From: Takakia lepidozioides
Taxonomy: Eukaryota; Plantae; Bryophyta
DNA: 64,000 nt
Direction of reading: 5' to 3'
Assembly: GCA_030704615.1 (NCBI GenBank)
Contig: CM060733.1
Span: 31,558,001-31,622,000 of the forward strand
Each line of letters opens with the position of its first letter. The first letter of the stretch is position 1. Both the position numbers and the translations under genes were made by a program. Shown piece by piece: positions 51,314 to 64,000 of this stretch. The notes under the pieces were generated by a model that did not search any database, had not been told where the DNA came from, and saw only the letters and a program-made list of their open reading frames with translations.

Positions 51314-52248
51314 TGTCGCGAGGCTTTACTCACCCATCCCTTCGCTATCCGAGGCGGAACTCCAAGATAGAAGAGTTGGAAATCTCTAAGTACTCAGCCC
51401 GCTCAGAACAATCAGTCATGACCTACAGCTAGTGTATCATGGGGGTGTTTCCTATTTGTTTTCCTTCCCGCATTCATGTTAGCTAGTTACCTTATTGTTG
51501 GTAATTAAGTATCAGTTTGCTTCATCAATCTATCGGATTCCATCAACTCATCCATTCATTCCACAGCTTCACTCAGATCTCTCTACACAGTGTGAGTATG
51601 AAGTGTGTATCAGATTAATATCTATCAAGTATCAGGCTGAAGCCATGGAGTCTCTAATCTGCTCCATTACAATTCTACTATCTAATTCTACTGCCTGTAT
51701 CATTAAGCATCAACAGATCGTCCTCCTCCTCTCCACTCCGTGCTCTCCATCTTTCTGCTCAGAGATCGTCTCTGCCTCATTCCCCCAGTGATGTCCGAAG
51801 TCCCCCCAAGAAGTGCTTCCTCCCTTCATCTCCCAGAATTCCCCCAAGAAGTGATTTTCCAGTCCTCTCTCCTCGCTTTATCTTCCTACCCGTTGTTCTT
51901 ACCGTTTCCCTCACTAACCGTCACCTGTGGACTAACATGTTCCATTCGCAGATGTTGTTCCCCACAGTCGTTCCCTGTCCTGCTATCCGTTCCCTATGGT
52001 CGTGAAAGCTGTGTCAAGCTTTGACTGGCTGTGCGACTGTGTTGGACTGTGTCAGCTGTGTCGAGCTGTGTCTGGCTGTGTCGACTGTGTCGGACTGTGA
52101 CGGGCTGTGTTGGCTGTGACGGGCTGTGTAACCCCCCTAAAGTGCGCTGCTGTCACCCCTAAGGCTCCTGTTGGTCTCAGTCTGTGCAAAAATTAAGGTA
52201 CCCCACAAATCTAGTAAAAGTGTCTAAGTCCCAGACAGTCCTCCAACA
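51314..52248 (-). mobile_element. 5' LTR of element A
   Basis: Minus strand reads TGTTGGAG...CGCGACA. It abuts GCATA within the RT of element B. Confidence 0.95.
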
Positions 52249-52260
52249 GCATACAAAGTC

Positions 52261-54647
52261 ATGCCCTTTGGACTTTGTAATGCACCAGCAACCTTTCAGA
52301 GAGTGATAAGTGAATCTTTTCATGAGTATCTGGATGATTTCATGCATGTGTTCTTGGATGATTTCAGTGTGTACAGCTCTAAGAATGAGCACTTGCATAA
52401 ATTGGAGTTATGTCTGGCCAGATGCAGGATGAGAGGTCTGGGCCTGAATCCAGAGAAGTGTACTTTCTGTGTGAACTCAGGGGTGCTTCTGGGACACATT
52501 GTGTGTAAGAGGGGACTTCTTGTGGATCCCAGGAAAACAGAGGCCATCAAAGCCTCTCCACCACCAGTGAATGTTAAGAGTCTAAGGAGATTCCTTGGAC
52601 AAACCAGCTATTACAGAAGATTTGTCAGACGGTATGCACAGATAGCAGCACCATTGAGCAAACTTCTGAAGAAAGATACAATGTTTGCATGGACACCTGA
52701 ATGTCAACAGGCTTTTGAGGAACTTACATTGTCAGTAACAACTACACCTGTGCTGATTAATCCTCACTGGCAGGAAATATTTCATGTTCACTGTGATGCT
52801 TCTGGAGAAGCACTAGGAGCAGTGTTAGCCCAAAATGTTACAGGAAGGATAGATTCACCTGTGTACTGTGCTAGCCGATTGATGAACAATGCCGAAAGAA
52901 ATTATAGCACAACGGAAAGAGAAGCATTGGCAATGATCTATGCAGTGAAGAAATTTAGGCATTACCTGTTGGGCAAGAAGTTTATGTTCTATGTGGATCA
53001 CCAGGCTCTGATATACTTGGTAAACAAAGCTCTGATAAGCGGAAGAATAGCAAGATGGTTGATAATCTTGCACGAGTTTGAGTTCGAGGTTGTTTACAAG
53101 CCTGGGAGGCTGCATCTTGTGGCGGATCACTTGTCACAGTTATCAACAGGAGAACCAGCCACGGGAGTAGATGATCAATTACCAGATGCGAGTCTATTGC
53201 AGTGGAGGTGCAGGGAAGTGCAGATGAATGGTTAGATTGGTAGTGGCCAATCAGATACTACCTTGCTCATGGTCAGTGCCCACCAAGTTATGGAAAGGAG
53301 CAGAGAAAAAGAATTGCTATCAAGGCTCTACCTTACACTATGGTAGGGAGCAGAATGTATAAGCTAGGACCAGATGGAGTGCTGAAGCGATGCTTATACC
53401 ACCATGAAGTTAATAAAGTTTTGGAGGAAGTTCATAAAGGAGTGGCAGGAGGTCATTTTGGAGAAGAGACTACCAGCAGGAAATACTACATGCAGGTTAC
53501 TGGTGGCCTACTTTGTTCAAAGATGTACACAAGTATTGTCAGAGTTGTGATGAATGTCAGAGGCTAGGACCTTTGCAGAGATCTGGGAAGATGGCTTGCA
53601 TCCTACAATGCCTACGGAACCATTTCAGAAATGGGGACTAGACTTTGTTGGACCAATTAACCCACCAGCCAAGAATACACAGAACAGGTACATAATTACA
53701 ACCACTGATTATACTACGAAGTGGGTGGAAGCTAAACTTTGAGGGACAACACAGCCAAGTCCACAGCAAGGTTCCTGTATGAGAACATACTTACACGATT
53801 TGGCTGTCCCTTGGAATTTATCAGTGATCAGGGAAGTCACTTCATTAATGAGACCATTGAATTATTGACTAAAGAGTTCATGATTGTGCATAGGAAGAGT
53901 ACAACATATTACCCACAGGGTAATGGGCAGGCAGAGGCTACCAACAAAATACTATGTACTATCTTGACTAAGATAGTCAATGCAAACAGAACGGATTGGG
54001 ATACAAAGCTGCTGACAGCTTTGTGGTCATACAGGACTTCATATAAAGTCACCACTAAGTATACACCATTCCAATTAGTTTATGGTAAGGAAGCTTTACT
54101 TCCAGTGGAATTCCTGTTACCTACCATGAGAACGGAATGGGGAAAGAGAATGGAATTGCAAGATTCCATTAAGGTCAGGAAACATGAATTATACCATGTG
54201 GAAGAAGTACGTGCTGATGCAGCTGATAATATGACCAGAATTCAGATAAAGAGGAAGGAACAGTTTGATGAAGGCAAGTTAAAGACTTTTAAGACGGGAG
54301 ATTTGGTTCTTTGGTTGCAGAAGAAGGGAAAGATTAAAGCTTCTAAGCTTAAATCACCATGGAAAGGACCTTATGTCATACAAAAGATGTATGATAACAA
54401 CACCGCCATGTTACAAACCGTTAACAAAGAAATGCTGGGAAGAGTCAATGCCAATAAGTTGAAGGGGTACAGTGGTATCCATGACAAACCATTGCAGCAT
54501 GATTTGCATGTTGAAACGCAAAAGCAGTCACGGGCTACGCCAGTGTTACCAACGGAGTATGGAGCACTTGTCGCTAGGCCGAGCATATATGACCAAGGCG
54601 GGCAGAACAAGGCGCAACACAGCCTATCACAGCCCATCACAACGTGA
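52261..54647 (+). pseudogene. pol: pol (RT, RNaseH, integrase) with a few frameshifts
   Basis: [62 protein letters not shown]. Confidence 0.96.
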
Positions 54648-54797
54648 CACAGCCTATCACAGCCCATCAAGGCGCGACACAACATATCACAACCTACCAC
54701 AGCGTGTCACAGCCTTTCACAGCTTACCACAGTGTATCACAGCCTATCATGGCGTACCACAGTATGACACAGCCTGTCACAGCTTAACACAGCCTAC
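54617..54797 (+). repeat. ACAGC-type microsatellite-like tract downstream of integrase
   Basis: ACAGCCTATCAC units. The same motif type occurs in the LTRs (59220-59365) and at 44360-44570. Confidence 0.85.
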
Positions 54798-55290
54798 TAG
54801 GGTTACACAATCCATAGAAACAGTGACAGGTGGACGCAGGATAACTTCAGGGAAATGGATGGCAGAAGAAAGGACGGAAACCAGTTTAGAAAGGGACACG
54901 TGGAAGTCAAGGCGCAACACACAGCTGAGAAGGAAGTGCAAGAACAGATGTCATCAAGAAAGAGGACAAGAATGGCCGTCAAAATACCTAATTAGCACGT
55001 CAATTCGGATGAATGGCGGGCCCATTAATGAATACGGAAAAGGGGCAACAGAACAAACGGCAAGTACAGAAAAACGAAATTCTTGTCACATGTGTTATCC
55101 TAGTGGACAGTCCAGCAGGGAAAGTCCACTAAAGAAAATTAAATCTAAAATCCAGTCACAGCGGTTACAGCCAATCAAAAGCCAGAAAAGGGATCAAGAA
55201 ATTGGAGGGAATTTAAGCGCAAGAGTCGGCGTCGTTCTAAGTAACGGATGTCTCGACGGGACAAACCATCAATGCTATAGCTTTGAAGCT

Positions 55291-58200
55291 ATGGAGGAAC
55301 TAACAGACTATACGCTCGCAATATTACTTACGCAGTGGCATAGGACGAAAGAACAGAGCGGATCTTTTCTCTTGATCGATGCTTGCAAGCCCCGCAGGCT
55401 TACAAGAAATTACCCATAGCTTTTTGTGGCAACCATACGTTTATGCTTTGTGCCCTGCAGGCATTTCTTCAATTGTTACAGCCAAAACATTTCTGTGGGT
55501 CTAGAATGAAGAGAGTGAGAGGAATGGAAGAATCAGGGTGAAGAGCACCACAATCCTACAGAAACAAACGATTGCTACTCCACAGGCGGTAAAGTTACTG
55601 AAAGAGCTGCGATTGGAAGGATTGCAAAGCAAAGATTGGACATTGCACCATAGACAGTACATGTTACAATTCTTGCAGAACTTTGAGCCAAGGACAGGAG
55701 CAACAACGGTGAAGGGAGTTGAATTAGTAATTACTCCCCTATACCTACAGCAATTGTTTCGATTGCCAGCAGGTCAGGTGCATGTGGAGGAGCACAGGGC
55801 AAGACTGCAAATAGGGGACTTATTCCAAGAAGGGAGTTTCTTTAAAACTCAGGGTTATGCTTGTACCAAGACCGTGTACCCAGGGCTAAGGGAGGTAGGC
55901 CAGGTATTGAACGTTCTGTTTGCCATGAAACAGAACCAACAGTATTTGAGCAGATCCTTCACAGAAGAAATACTCAAAGCCCTGAGAGGAGAAGAGGTAG
56001 AATGGGCGGACATAATGTACAACGCACTGGTAGAGGAGATGAAAAGATTACAGGGTACTGCCGCAAAGTCTCCTATCATAGTGTCTGGCCCAATCATTGC
56101 TCAAATAATTCTTGATTCTGGCATACTTGATGCTCGAGAAAGAAAGGAGATGGGAGTGTTTGAGCCAGAAACCACTGCAATGGAAGAGCAAGGCTCTTCA
56201 CACAGTGAGGGTGGACTGGCAGGGCAACCCGAGAATAAGAGACAGAGGCGGGGAAAGACTGTAGTGGCGGATCCACTGGCTTCACGGAATCCGCATGATA
56301 ATGTTTCCCAAGCTCTTGTGCAGGAAGGGGCACAGCAGCACAGAGAACTGCTATTACTGGAAGCAGGACCTTCAGAGAGGGAAGAGGAAGTTACTTCAGT
56401 ATCACAGCCATCACAGCCAGATGATCGGCTTGTCACAAAGTTACCACAAGTTGTCCATGCAGTTCAACCATAAATAATTGATTTAGAAAAGAAGGGTTAG
56501 ATATTCCCACTACAGAACAGGTGGTGGCAGAAATTGAGAAGGGGGACCTTCTCTATGAATATTCTGGTATGGTCAAGGACACAGTGATTCCGGAGGTGCA
56601 ACGGTTGTCCAGGGGAAACCCTGCGGTGCATATAATACACACACCTGTGACGGAGGTACCACAGGTAGAATGTCAAGACACTGCAGCACCGGTGACGGAT
56701 GAAGTGGTTCAGGAAGAAAATCTGGTGGGGCAATGGCCTGAGTGGTTCGTAAGGCATCACACTGTTGAGGATCAGGGAGAACAACAGCAAGCTCACCAAG
56801 ATGACCCTCAACAGGCTATGCTTATGAGTTCCATAAGCAGGACACTTAATTTGCTGGGGACTTATGTCAAATCCCATGTTCCCACTACTCAATTGGCAGC
56901 TTTGAGGGAGGAACTCAGGAAGGAGTTTGAGGCTCGACTTGCCACAGAGTGTGCAAACAAGGTCAATGAAGAGGTCACTCTCAAGATGCAGCAAGACTTG
57001 GAGAATAAAGAAGCGGCTTTGCAATTGGCCAAGGAACAATTGATTGAGGCAGGCCTCGCGCAAGACCACTTGCACGAAGCACATAAGCAACAGCTATACC
57101 AAATGCAAGTGAAGCATGAAAGCAAGTTGCAAGAAGTGAATGCACTACATATGGAGTTGCAGACAGTGCATGACAGGATGGCCATACAATGTGCTACACT
57201 CACAACTATGCTTGACCAATCTACAAAAGAAATAAACAGTCAAGCGGAAAGATATACGAAGGCAGAGGCAGAGAATGTTGAGCAAGTGAAACTGATTGTC
57301 GATATGAAGAATACAATCTATCGCAATGAGGATACTTTCAAGCAATACAGGCAGGTTGAAGCTGACCAAGAGAGGCACATCCTGGAGTTGCAACAAACGG
57401 TCATGGCCAATAGAAATGAAATCTCTGTCACTAACAAGGCTTGGAAGGAAGCCAATAATCTGCTTGCTACCTATGCAAATTTGGTTGAACCTCATGCGAA
57501 GCGAATGGAGGCTTTACAACAGCAGTTATATATGTACAAACTCAGAGAGGAGCACACTCTCAGAGGTACCACAAGCAACTTGGTGGATAACCACCTTATG
57601 CAGGTCTGGTTAGCACAAGGGCCAGTGGAGGGCAAAGCACCACAAAAGCTCACCCAAAGCGAGATGAATGAGCTCAAACTGCAAGTGCAGAACATTGCCA
57701 CAACTACTATAGACAATGTCTATAGTAGGATAGCGGAGTTACAGGAGGATGTAGACGGCCTGCAGACTCAAGTGGAGGACCTCACTTCAAATATCGACAA
57801 GAGAGTCTGTGTACCTGAGGAACAACTAATGGCTTCTTATTTACAAGCCAGAACTTTGGCTTTTCAGTCTTCTTCACAGGAGGTGCAGGAGATGCCAATG
57901 ATACAAGAGCCAGTGCCACCAACACCACAACAAGTCACTGTGCCAGTAGCTGACCCTGTTGTTACTACAGCCACACCACAGCCACCACAGCCTGAGGTAT
58001 GGGGGAATGCTGTTTTTAACCCACCTAAAACTCCAGCTGCAAGGGAGTACAGTACGGCTATGATTATGCCCTTCAACCAAATTCCCATTGTGTTGGATTT
58101 GGCTTGGAAAGAATTTAGTCCTCCGCAGTCATTGGCACATTACTATCAAATCATGCGCATTTGGCTGCCAGTGGCAACTAGAATTAAGGTTCTTCCAAAC

Positions 58201-58908
58201 AATCGACCCATTGAAGATCATCACTTTGCGCAGTACTGGCATGAGGCAAGTACCATGTTGAAGGAATTAATTGCCTTCCAAGTTGTACATGGATTCATTT
58301 ATACCAAGACCAAGGAGGTAGCAAGTATTGTCATGGGATGCGGGCTGTACTACGCTGCTTGTTTTCTGGTACGTTATCACATCGAGCAGCACAAGATGCA
58401 ATCGCGCTTTCTGAGTTATTCCAGTGGGGATCATTGGGTCTTACCTTCAGTGCCACCTCATATGTACTTATATGAGGCAAAAGTTATGATGCAAAAGGAT
58501 TCTCAAATTCGTTCATGGTTTCATGCGGCCTGGAACAATTTGTCAACACAGAAATTCGGCCCTGACGATATTTTCTTTAAGGGACATGAGGCATGGAAAT
58601 ACTTGCACAATTCACAAGTCATTGGTACCCCACTCACCTGGACAGACAAGGAGCTCAGGGTCTTCACCAATTTTACCATTCAGCGTTTACAGCAAGTTTT
58701 AAAGTTTAAACTTCCAGACATGGTAGGACAACATTGTATGCCCCAGAGGATTCCACAAAAAGTTCGGCAGTTAAAACATCTGAGAGGCGATGAGGATTAT
58801 GATACAACTGTTTCTTCAGCGGACTCTTTTGACATGGGAGAAGACTATGCAATTCAGATGGCAGAGAAGAAGCGACGGGGGTCTCCTATGCCTGAAAGAT
58901 TACCTTGA
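55291..58908 (+). CDS. 3' extra ORF: plant transposon (Athila/SIRE eORF-like) domain, coiled coil, Pro-rich linker and unknown C-terminal domain (split by 1-2 frameshifts)
   Basis: MLQFLQNF..TVKGVELVITPLYLQQLFRLP and EVEWADIMY..SGPIIAQII resemble the F...VRG..I.lt...i..iL.lP / iNWg..i..pyg.lIt.i pattern. The 795-aa ORF has a heptad-rich middle. Confidence 0.7.
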
Positions 58909-59099
58909 TATCAACCTCCAGAGGGCCTCACATATCCAGGTAGTGTTCAATCATCTCCGTCAACCAGTGACAGACCTCGGGCTCATACACGGAGTCCTTC
59001 ACGAGACTCTCAACGTCAGAAAGGTGCTCGCTCACAAAGGTTTGCTAATCCCAATCAGTAAACCGTGAGGACACGGCTTTTTGAGAGGGGAAGGGGTAA

Positions 59100-60043
59100 T
59101 GTTAGAGGACTGTCTGGGACTTAGACACTTATACGGGATCTGTGGGATACCCTTAATTTTTGCACAGACTGAGACCAACAGGAGCCTTAGGGGCGACAGC
59201 AGCGCACTTTGGAGGGGGGTTACACAGCCCGTCACAGCCGACATAGCCCGTCACAGCCAACACAGCTCGTCACAGTCCGACACAGCCGACACAGCCAGAC
59301 ATAGCCGTCACAGCCAGTCACAGCTCGACACAGTCGCACAGCCAGTCACAGCTTGACACAGCTGTCACGACCATAGGGAACGAATAGCAGGACAGGGAAC
59401 GACTGGGGGGAACAACATCTGCGAATGGAACATGTTAGTACACGGATGACGGTTAGTGAGGGAAACGGTTAGAACAATGGGTAGGAAGATAAAGCCAGGA
59501 GCGAGGATGGGAAAATGATCACTTCTTGGGAAATTCTGAGAGAATGGGGCGAGGGATCACTGCTGGGGGGGGGGAACTCGGGAGGAAAGGAGGAGAAAGC
59601 GCATCTCTGAGCGGAAGGAGGGAGAGCACATAGTAGGAGGAGGACGATCTGTTGATGCTTAATGAATGCAAGCAGTAGAGTTGTAATGTAAAGCAGATTA
59701 GAGACTCCATGGCTTCAACCTGATACTCGATAGATATTAATCTGATACATACTTCATACTCACACTGTGTAGAGAGATCTGAATGAAGCTGTGGAATGAA
59801 TGGATGAGTTGATGGAATCCGATAGATTGCTGAAGCAAACTGATACTTAATTACCAATAGTAAGGTAACCAGCTAACATGAATGCGGGAAGGAAAACAAA
59901 TAGGAAACACCCCCATGATACACTAGCTGTAGGTCATGACTGATTGTTCTGAGCGGGCTGAGTGCTTAGAGATTTCCAACTCTTCTATCTTGGAGTTTCC
60001 GCCTCGGATAGTGAAGGGATGGGTGAGTAAAAGCACCGTGACA
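59100..60043 (+). mobile_element. 3' LTR of element B
   Basis: TGTTAGAGG...CGTGACA, preceded by a PPT and followed by TTACC in the gag of element D. Confidence 0.96.
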
Positions 60044-62215
60044 TTACCCTGATAGTTGCCCCTGGAATTTCCTTGGCAATTCCCTCTTGGATTACCTCTC
60101 CCTTCCATACCATTGTTATCACCACCAGGCCTACCATAGTGGTCCTGATCACTGTTTCTTCTTGGCTGGGGCTGCACTTGATGCACCCTTACTTGCCTAG
60201 GTTCTCTAGCTGCTGTCCTTCTATTGTAGTAACAATTCTCAGTAGAATGGTTATCCATTTTACAAATAGTACAGTGTTTCTCCTTCATGTGGCATTCAGT
60301 GGTGGTATGGCCTTCATTCTGGCACTTTGCACACCATACACCATTCCTCCAATGTGTTGCAGCCTCTGTGGCATACTTCTTCAAGATTTCTTCTAATCTT
60401 TTCTCATAGTTATCCCTCTTCAACTTCTCCTTCCTCTTACTCTTCCTTTTCAGCTCTTGCTCTTCTTCCTCATCTGACTCATCCTCAGAGTCCTCATCAT
60501 CCCTTTTCTCTCTCCTGAGCATTCCCAATTGCTCAATTCTGTTTGCTGTTTCAAATGCCTCCTCCACTACATTATGGGGTAACATATCCACTTTCTTCTG
60601 CAACTCTGGTCTTAGTCCACTCACAAACCAAGTCTTCTATAAACCTGGTGCTGGTACAGCAGCCAGCTTTTTCATCATCAATTCCATCTTTTCCATATAC
60701 TCCTCAACAGTTTCATGCTTCTTTTGCTTTAACTGTTGTAAACTTCCATACACTTCATCCTCAGTTTTACTTGTCCTGAACCTATTTCGGAATGCTGTAT
60801 TCAAGCCATTCCAGGTTAGGAAATGATTATCAGGGAATCTTGCATACCATTCACTTGCTTTCTTGATAAGTGAACAAGGAAACAATCTCATCTTGGCATC
60901 ATCGCCATTCTAATTGTTCACTATACACATGTGCTCAAATTGGCTAATGTGTACATTGGGATCCCCTTTTCCTGAATATATTGGAAAATGTGGTTTTGCC
61001 CGTGTTGGTTGTAACGCCATCTGTGGCCCTACCTTCTGCCCACTGACAGGTGCTGGTCCTCGAGGACCTGTTGTAGTTGTGGTGGATCTTTGTCGCGCGG
61101 CTTTTACTCACCCATCCCTTCGCTATCCGAGGCGGAAACTCCAAGATAGAAGAGTTGGAAGTCTCTAAGTACTCAGCCCGCTCAGAACAATCAGTCATGA
61201 CCTACAGCTAGTGTATCATGGGGGTGTTTCCTATTTGTTTTCCTTCCCGCATTCATGTTAGCTAGCTACCTTACTATTGATAATTAAGTATCTGTTTGCT
61301 TCATCAATCTATCGGATTCCATCAACTCATCCACTCATTCCACAGCTTCACTCAGATCTCTCTACACAGTGTGAGTATGAAGTGTGTATCAGATTGATAT
61401 CTATCAAGTTTCAGGCTAAAGCCCTGGAGTCTCTAATCTGCTCTACATTACAATTCTACTGCTCTACATTATAATTCTACTGCTTGCTTCCATTAAGCAT
61501 CACAGATCATCCTCCTCCTACTCCGTGCTCTCCCTCTTTCTGCTCAGAGATACGCTCTCTGCCTCATTTCCCCCCAGTGATGTCCGAAGTCCTTCCCCCC
61601 CAAGAAGTGATCTCCAGAATCGATCATTTTCCAGTCCTTGCTCCTAGCTTTATCTTCCTACCCGTTGTTCTAACCGTTTCCCTCACTAACCGTCGTCCGT
61701 GAACTAACATGTTCCATTCGCAGGTGTTGTTCCCCACATTCGTTCCCTGTCCTGCTATCCGTTCCCTATGGTCGTGACAGCTGTGTCAAGCTGTGACTGG
61801 CTGTGTGAAACTGTGACCGGCTGTGACTGGCTGTGCGACTGTGTTTGGCTGTGTCGGGCAGTGACTGGCTGTGTGGCTGTGTCGGCTGTGATGGGCTGTG
61901 TTGGCTGTGATGGGCTGTGTCGGGCTATGACGAGCTGTGTTGACTGTGTCTGGCTGTGTCGGCTGTGTTGGCTGTGACGGGCTGTGTCGGGCTGTGACGA
62001 GCTGTGTTGACTGTGTCGGGCTGTGTCGGCTGTGTTGGATGTGACGGGCTGTGTAACCCCCCCCTAAAGTGCGCTGCTGTGACCCCTAAGGCTCCTGTTG
62101 ATCTCAGTCTGTGCAAAAATTAAGGGTACCCCACAGATCCCGTATAAGTGTCTAAGTCCCAGACAGTCCTCTAACAATCTTCCACCAAGTGGTGGCCCCT
62201 GAGCACTCCCAGCTA
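60044..62215 (-). pseudogene. gag: Family-1 gag fragment (element D), interrupted by a solo LTR
   Basis: Near-identical to 48888-49990, with CCHC knuckles. Confidence 0.93.
61091..62176 (-). mobile_element. Family-1 solo LTR with a 5-bp TSD, ATCTT
   Basis: ATCTT at 61086-61090 and 62177-62181. The empty site is visible at ~49948. Confidence 0.97.
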
Positions 62216-62262
62216 TTGGCCCCAAGGTAAAAAAATCCCCCACCAAGAAGTGATCTCCAGAC

Positions 62263-63376
62263 GTGCCCCTTCCTGCACAAAAACTTGGGAAACATTATCA
62301 TGCGGATTCCGTGAAGCCAATGGATCCGCCACTACAGTCTTTCCCCGCCTCTGTCTCTTATTCTCGGGTTGCCCTGCTAGTCCACCCTCACTGTGTGAAG
62401 AGCCTTGCTCTTCCATTGCAGTGGTTTCTGGCTCAAACACTCCCATCTCCTTTCTTTCTCGCGCATCAAGTATGCCAGAATCAAGAATTATTTGAGCAAT
62501 GATTGGGCCAGACACTATGATAGGAGACTTTGCGGCAGTACCCTGTAATCTTTTCATCTCCTCCACCAGTGCGTTGTACATTATGTCCGCCCATTCTACC
62601 TCTTCTCCTCTCAGGGCTTTGAGTATTTCCTCTGTGAAGGATCGGCTCAAATACTGTTGGTTCTGTTTCATGGCAAACAGAACGTTCAATACCTGGCCTA
62701 CCTCCTTTAGCCCTGGGTACACAGCCTTGGTACAAGCATAACCTTGAGTTTTAAAGAAACTCCCTTCTTGGAATAAGTCCCCTATTTGCAGTGTTGCCCT
62801 GTGCTCCTCCACATGCACCTGGCCTGCTGGCAATCGAAACAATTGCTGTAGGTATAGGGGAGTAATTACTAATTCAACTCCCTTCACCGTTGTTGCTCTT
62901 GTCCTTGGCTCAAAGTTCCGCAAGAATTGTAACATGTACTGTCTATGGTGCAATGTCCAATCTTTGCTTTGCAATCCTTGCAATCTCAGCTCCTTCAGTA
63001 TCTGCATCACCTGTGGGGTAGCAATCGTTTGTTTCTACATAATTGTGGTGCTCTTCACCCTGATTTCCTCCATTCCTCTCACTCTCTTCATTCTAGACCC
63101 ACAGAAATGTTTTGGCTGTAACAATTGAAGAAATGTCTGTAGTGCACAAAGCATAAATGTATGGTTGCCACAAAAAGCTATGGGTAATTTCTTGTAAGCC
63201 TGCGGGGCTTGCAAGCATTGTTCAAGAGAAAAGATCCGCTCTGTTGTTTCGTCCCTATGCCACTGCGTAAGTAATATTGCGAGTGTATAGTCTGTTAGTT
63301 CATCCATAGCTTCAAAGCTATAGCATTGATGGTTTGTCCCGTCGAGACACCCGTTACTCAGAACGACGCCGACTCA
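62263..63376 (-). pseudogene. Fragment of the family-1 3' extra ORF N-terminal part
   Basis: Near-identical to 55224-56332. Confidence 0.92.
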
Positions 63377-64000
63377 ATAGTTATTGAGCTAATAATAAAA
63401 TCAATATCTATCCATTTACTATCAGTGACATCGTACTTGAACTTCAGATGCCCTCTAGACTTAGAGAAGTAATTTAATAGTACCATGATAGTGGTTGTTG
63501 GTTTGTTCAAGAGATCTAAGTACTGGCTGACGGGAGATCCCCCATCTAGTACCCACCTTCCTCCTCATCTTCTGTATCCTACCTATCCATACCAGCAGAA
63601 ACTGATGCTGGTTCACCCCTCTGCCCTCCCTTACCTTTATTTCTACTCAAGGCAACATTTCAACTTGCATCCATAGACTGCTTAACACGTGTATTTCAAA
63701 AATACCTCCAGCCTATGAGTAATTCTAAATAAAGTGTAATTGGAGCCTTTAACCTCTACCCTATATTTGTTTAAATGCTCCCGCCTATATTTTTCATACC
63801 CTATATTACTCTTAAAAATGTTCTAATTTTTACTTGTAGAGAATATATGACATCATTTTTTTTTTTGCACGTTAGGTGGTAATTTTTGGAAGTGGATCCC
63901 CCTAAAGTAGGTTCTGGTTATCTCTCCTACCTTAGACATGTCCATGTTTTCCAGCGTTTACACTGTTTTGCTTCCTGACCAAGGAATTGAGCTACACTTT

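Larger units (their letters stand above)
42775..52248 (-). mobile_element. Ty3/gypsy non-chromovirus family 1, element A (5' LTR, PBS, 5' ORF, gag, PR, RT, RH, INT, start of 3' ORF)
   Basis: Gag KMRLFPCSL..W with CCHC knuckles, PR LIDGGSRVN, RT LDDF, RH HCDAS, INT SDQGSHF, in RT-RH-INT order. No chromodomain or extra RNaseH is seen. Confidence 0.95.
52249..60043 (+). mobile_element. Ty3/gypsy family 1, element B (3' half: RT-RH-INT, 3' extra ORFs, PPT, 3' LTR)
   Basis: pol ORFs 52261-54647, PPT 59083-59096, LTR 59100-60043. Confidence 0.96.

Noticed and set aside
55291-58908. True retroviral env
   Set aside because: No evident signal peptide or transmembrane helix, so it is called an extra ORF only.

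Overview
Repeat-dense eukaryotic window, probably from a non-seed plant such as a moss (inferred from the TE lineages), with no intact host gene and a 500-N gap at 41418-41917. Most of it is nested Ty3/gypsy LTR retrotransposons. One dominant family has an Arg-tRNA PBS and extra ORFs both 5' and 3' of gag-pol. There is also a PHD-finger integrase family, a Met-PBS family, and hAT/CACTA fragments and MITE-like repeats. The most striking item is a Mutator-like (MULE) DNA transposon. Its left end occurs twice (8427 and 28104). It carries a DDE/SWIM transposase gene head-to-head with a large spliced cargo gene encoding a ParB/Sulfiredoxin-like domain (DGNHR) followed by a bacterial-type beta-class N6A/N4C DNA methyltransferase. 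The element contains many copies of a 22-bp palindrome, both between the two genes and in an intronic 95-bp satellite. In one copy the DNA-MTase exons are replaced by captured host fragments that include part of a SET domain. All domain calls come from motif recognition by eye; no database searches were run.
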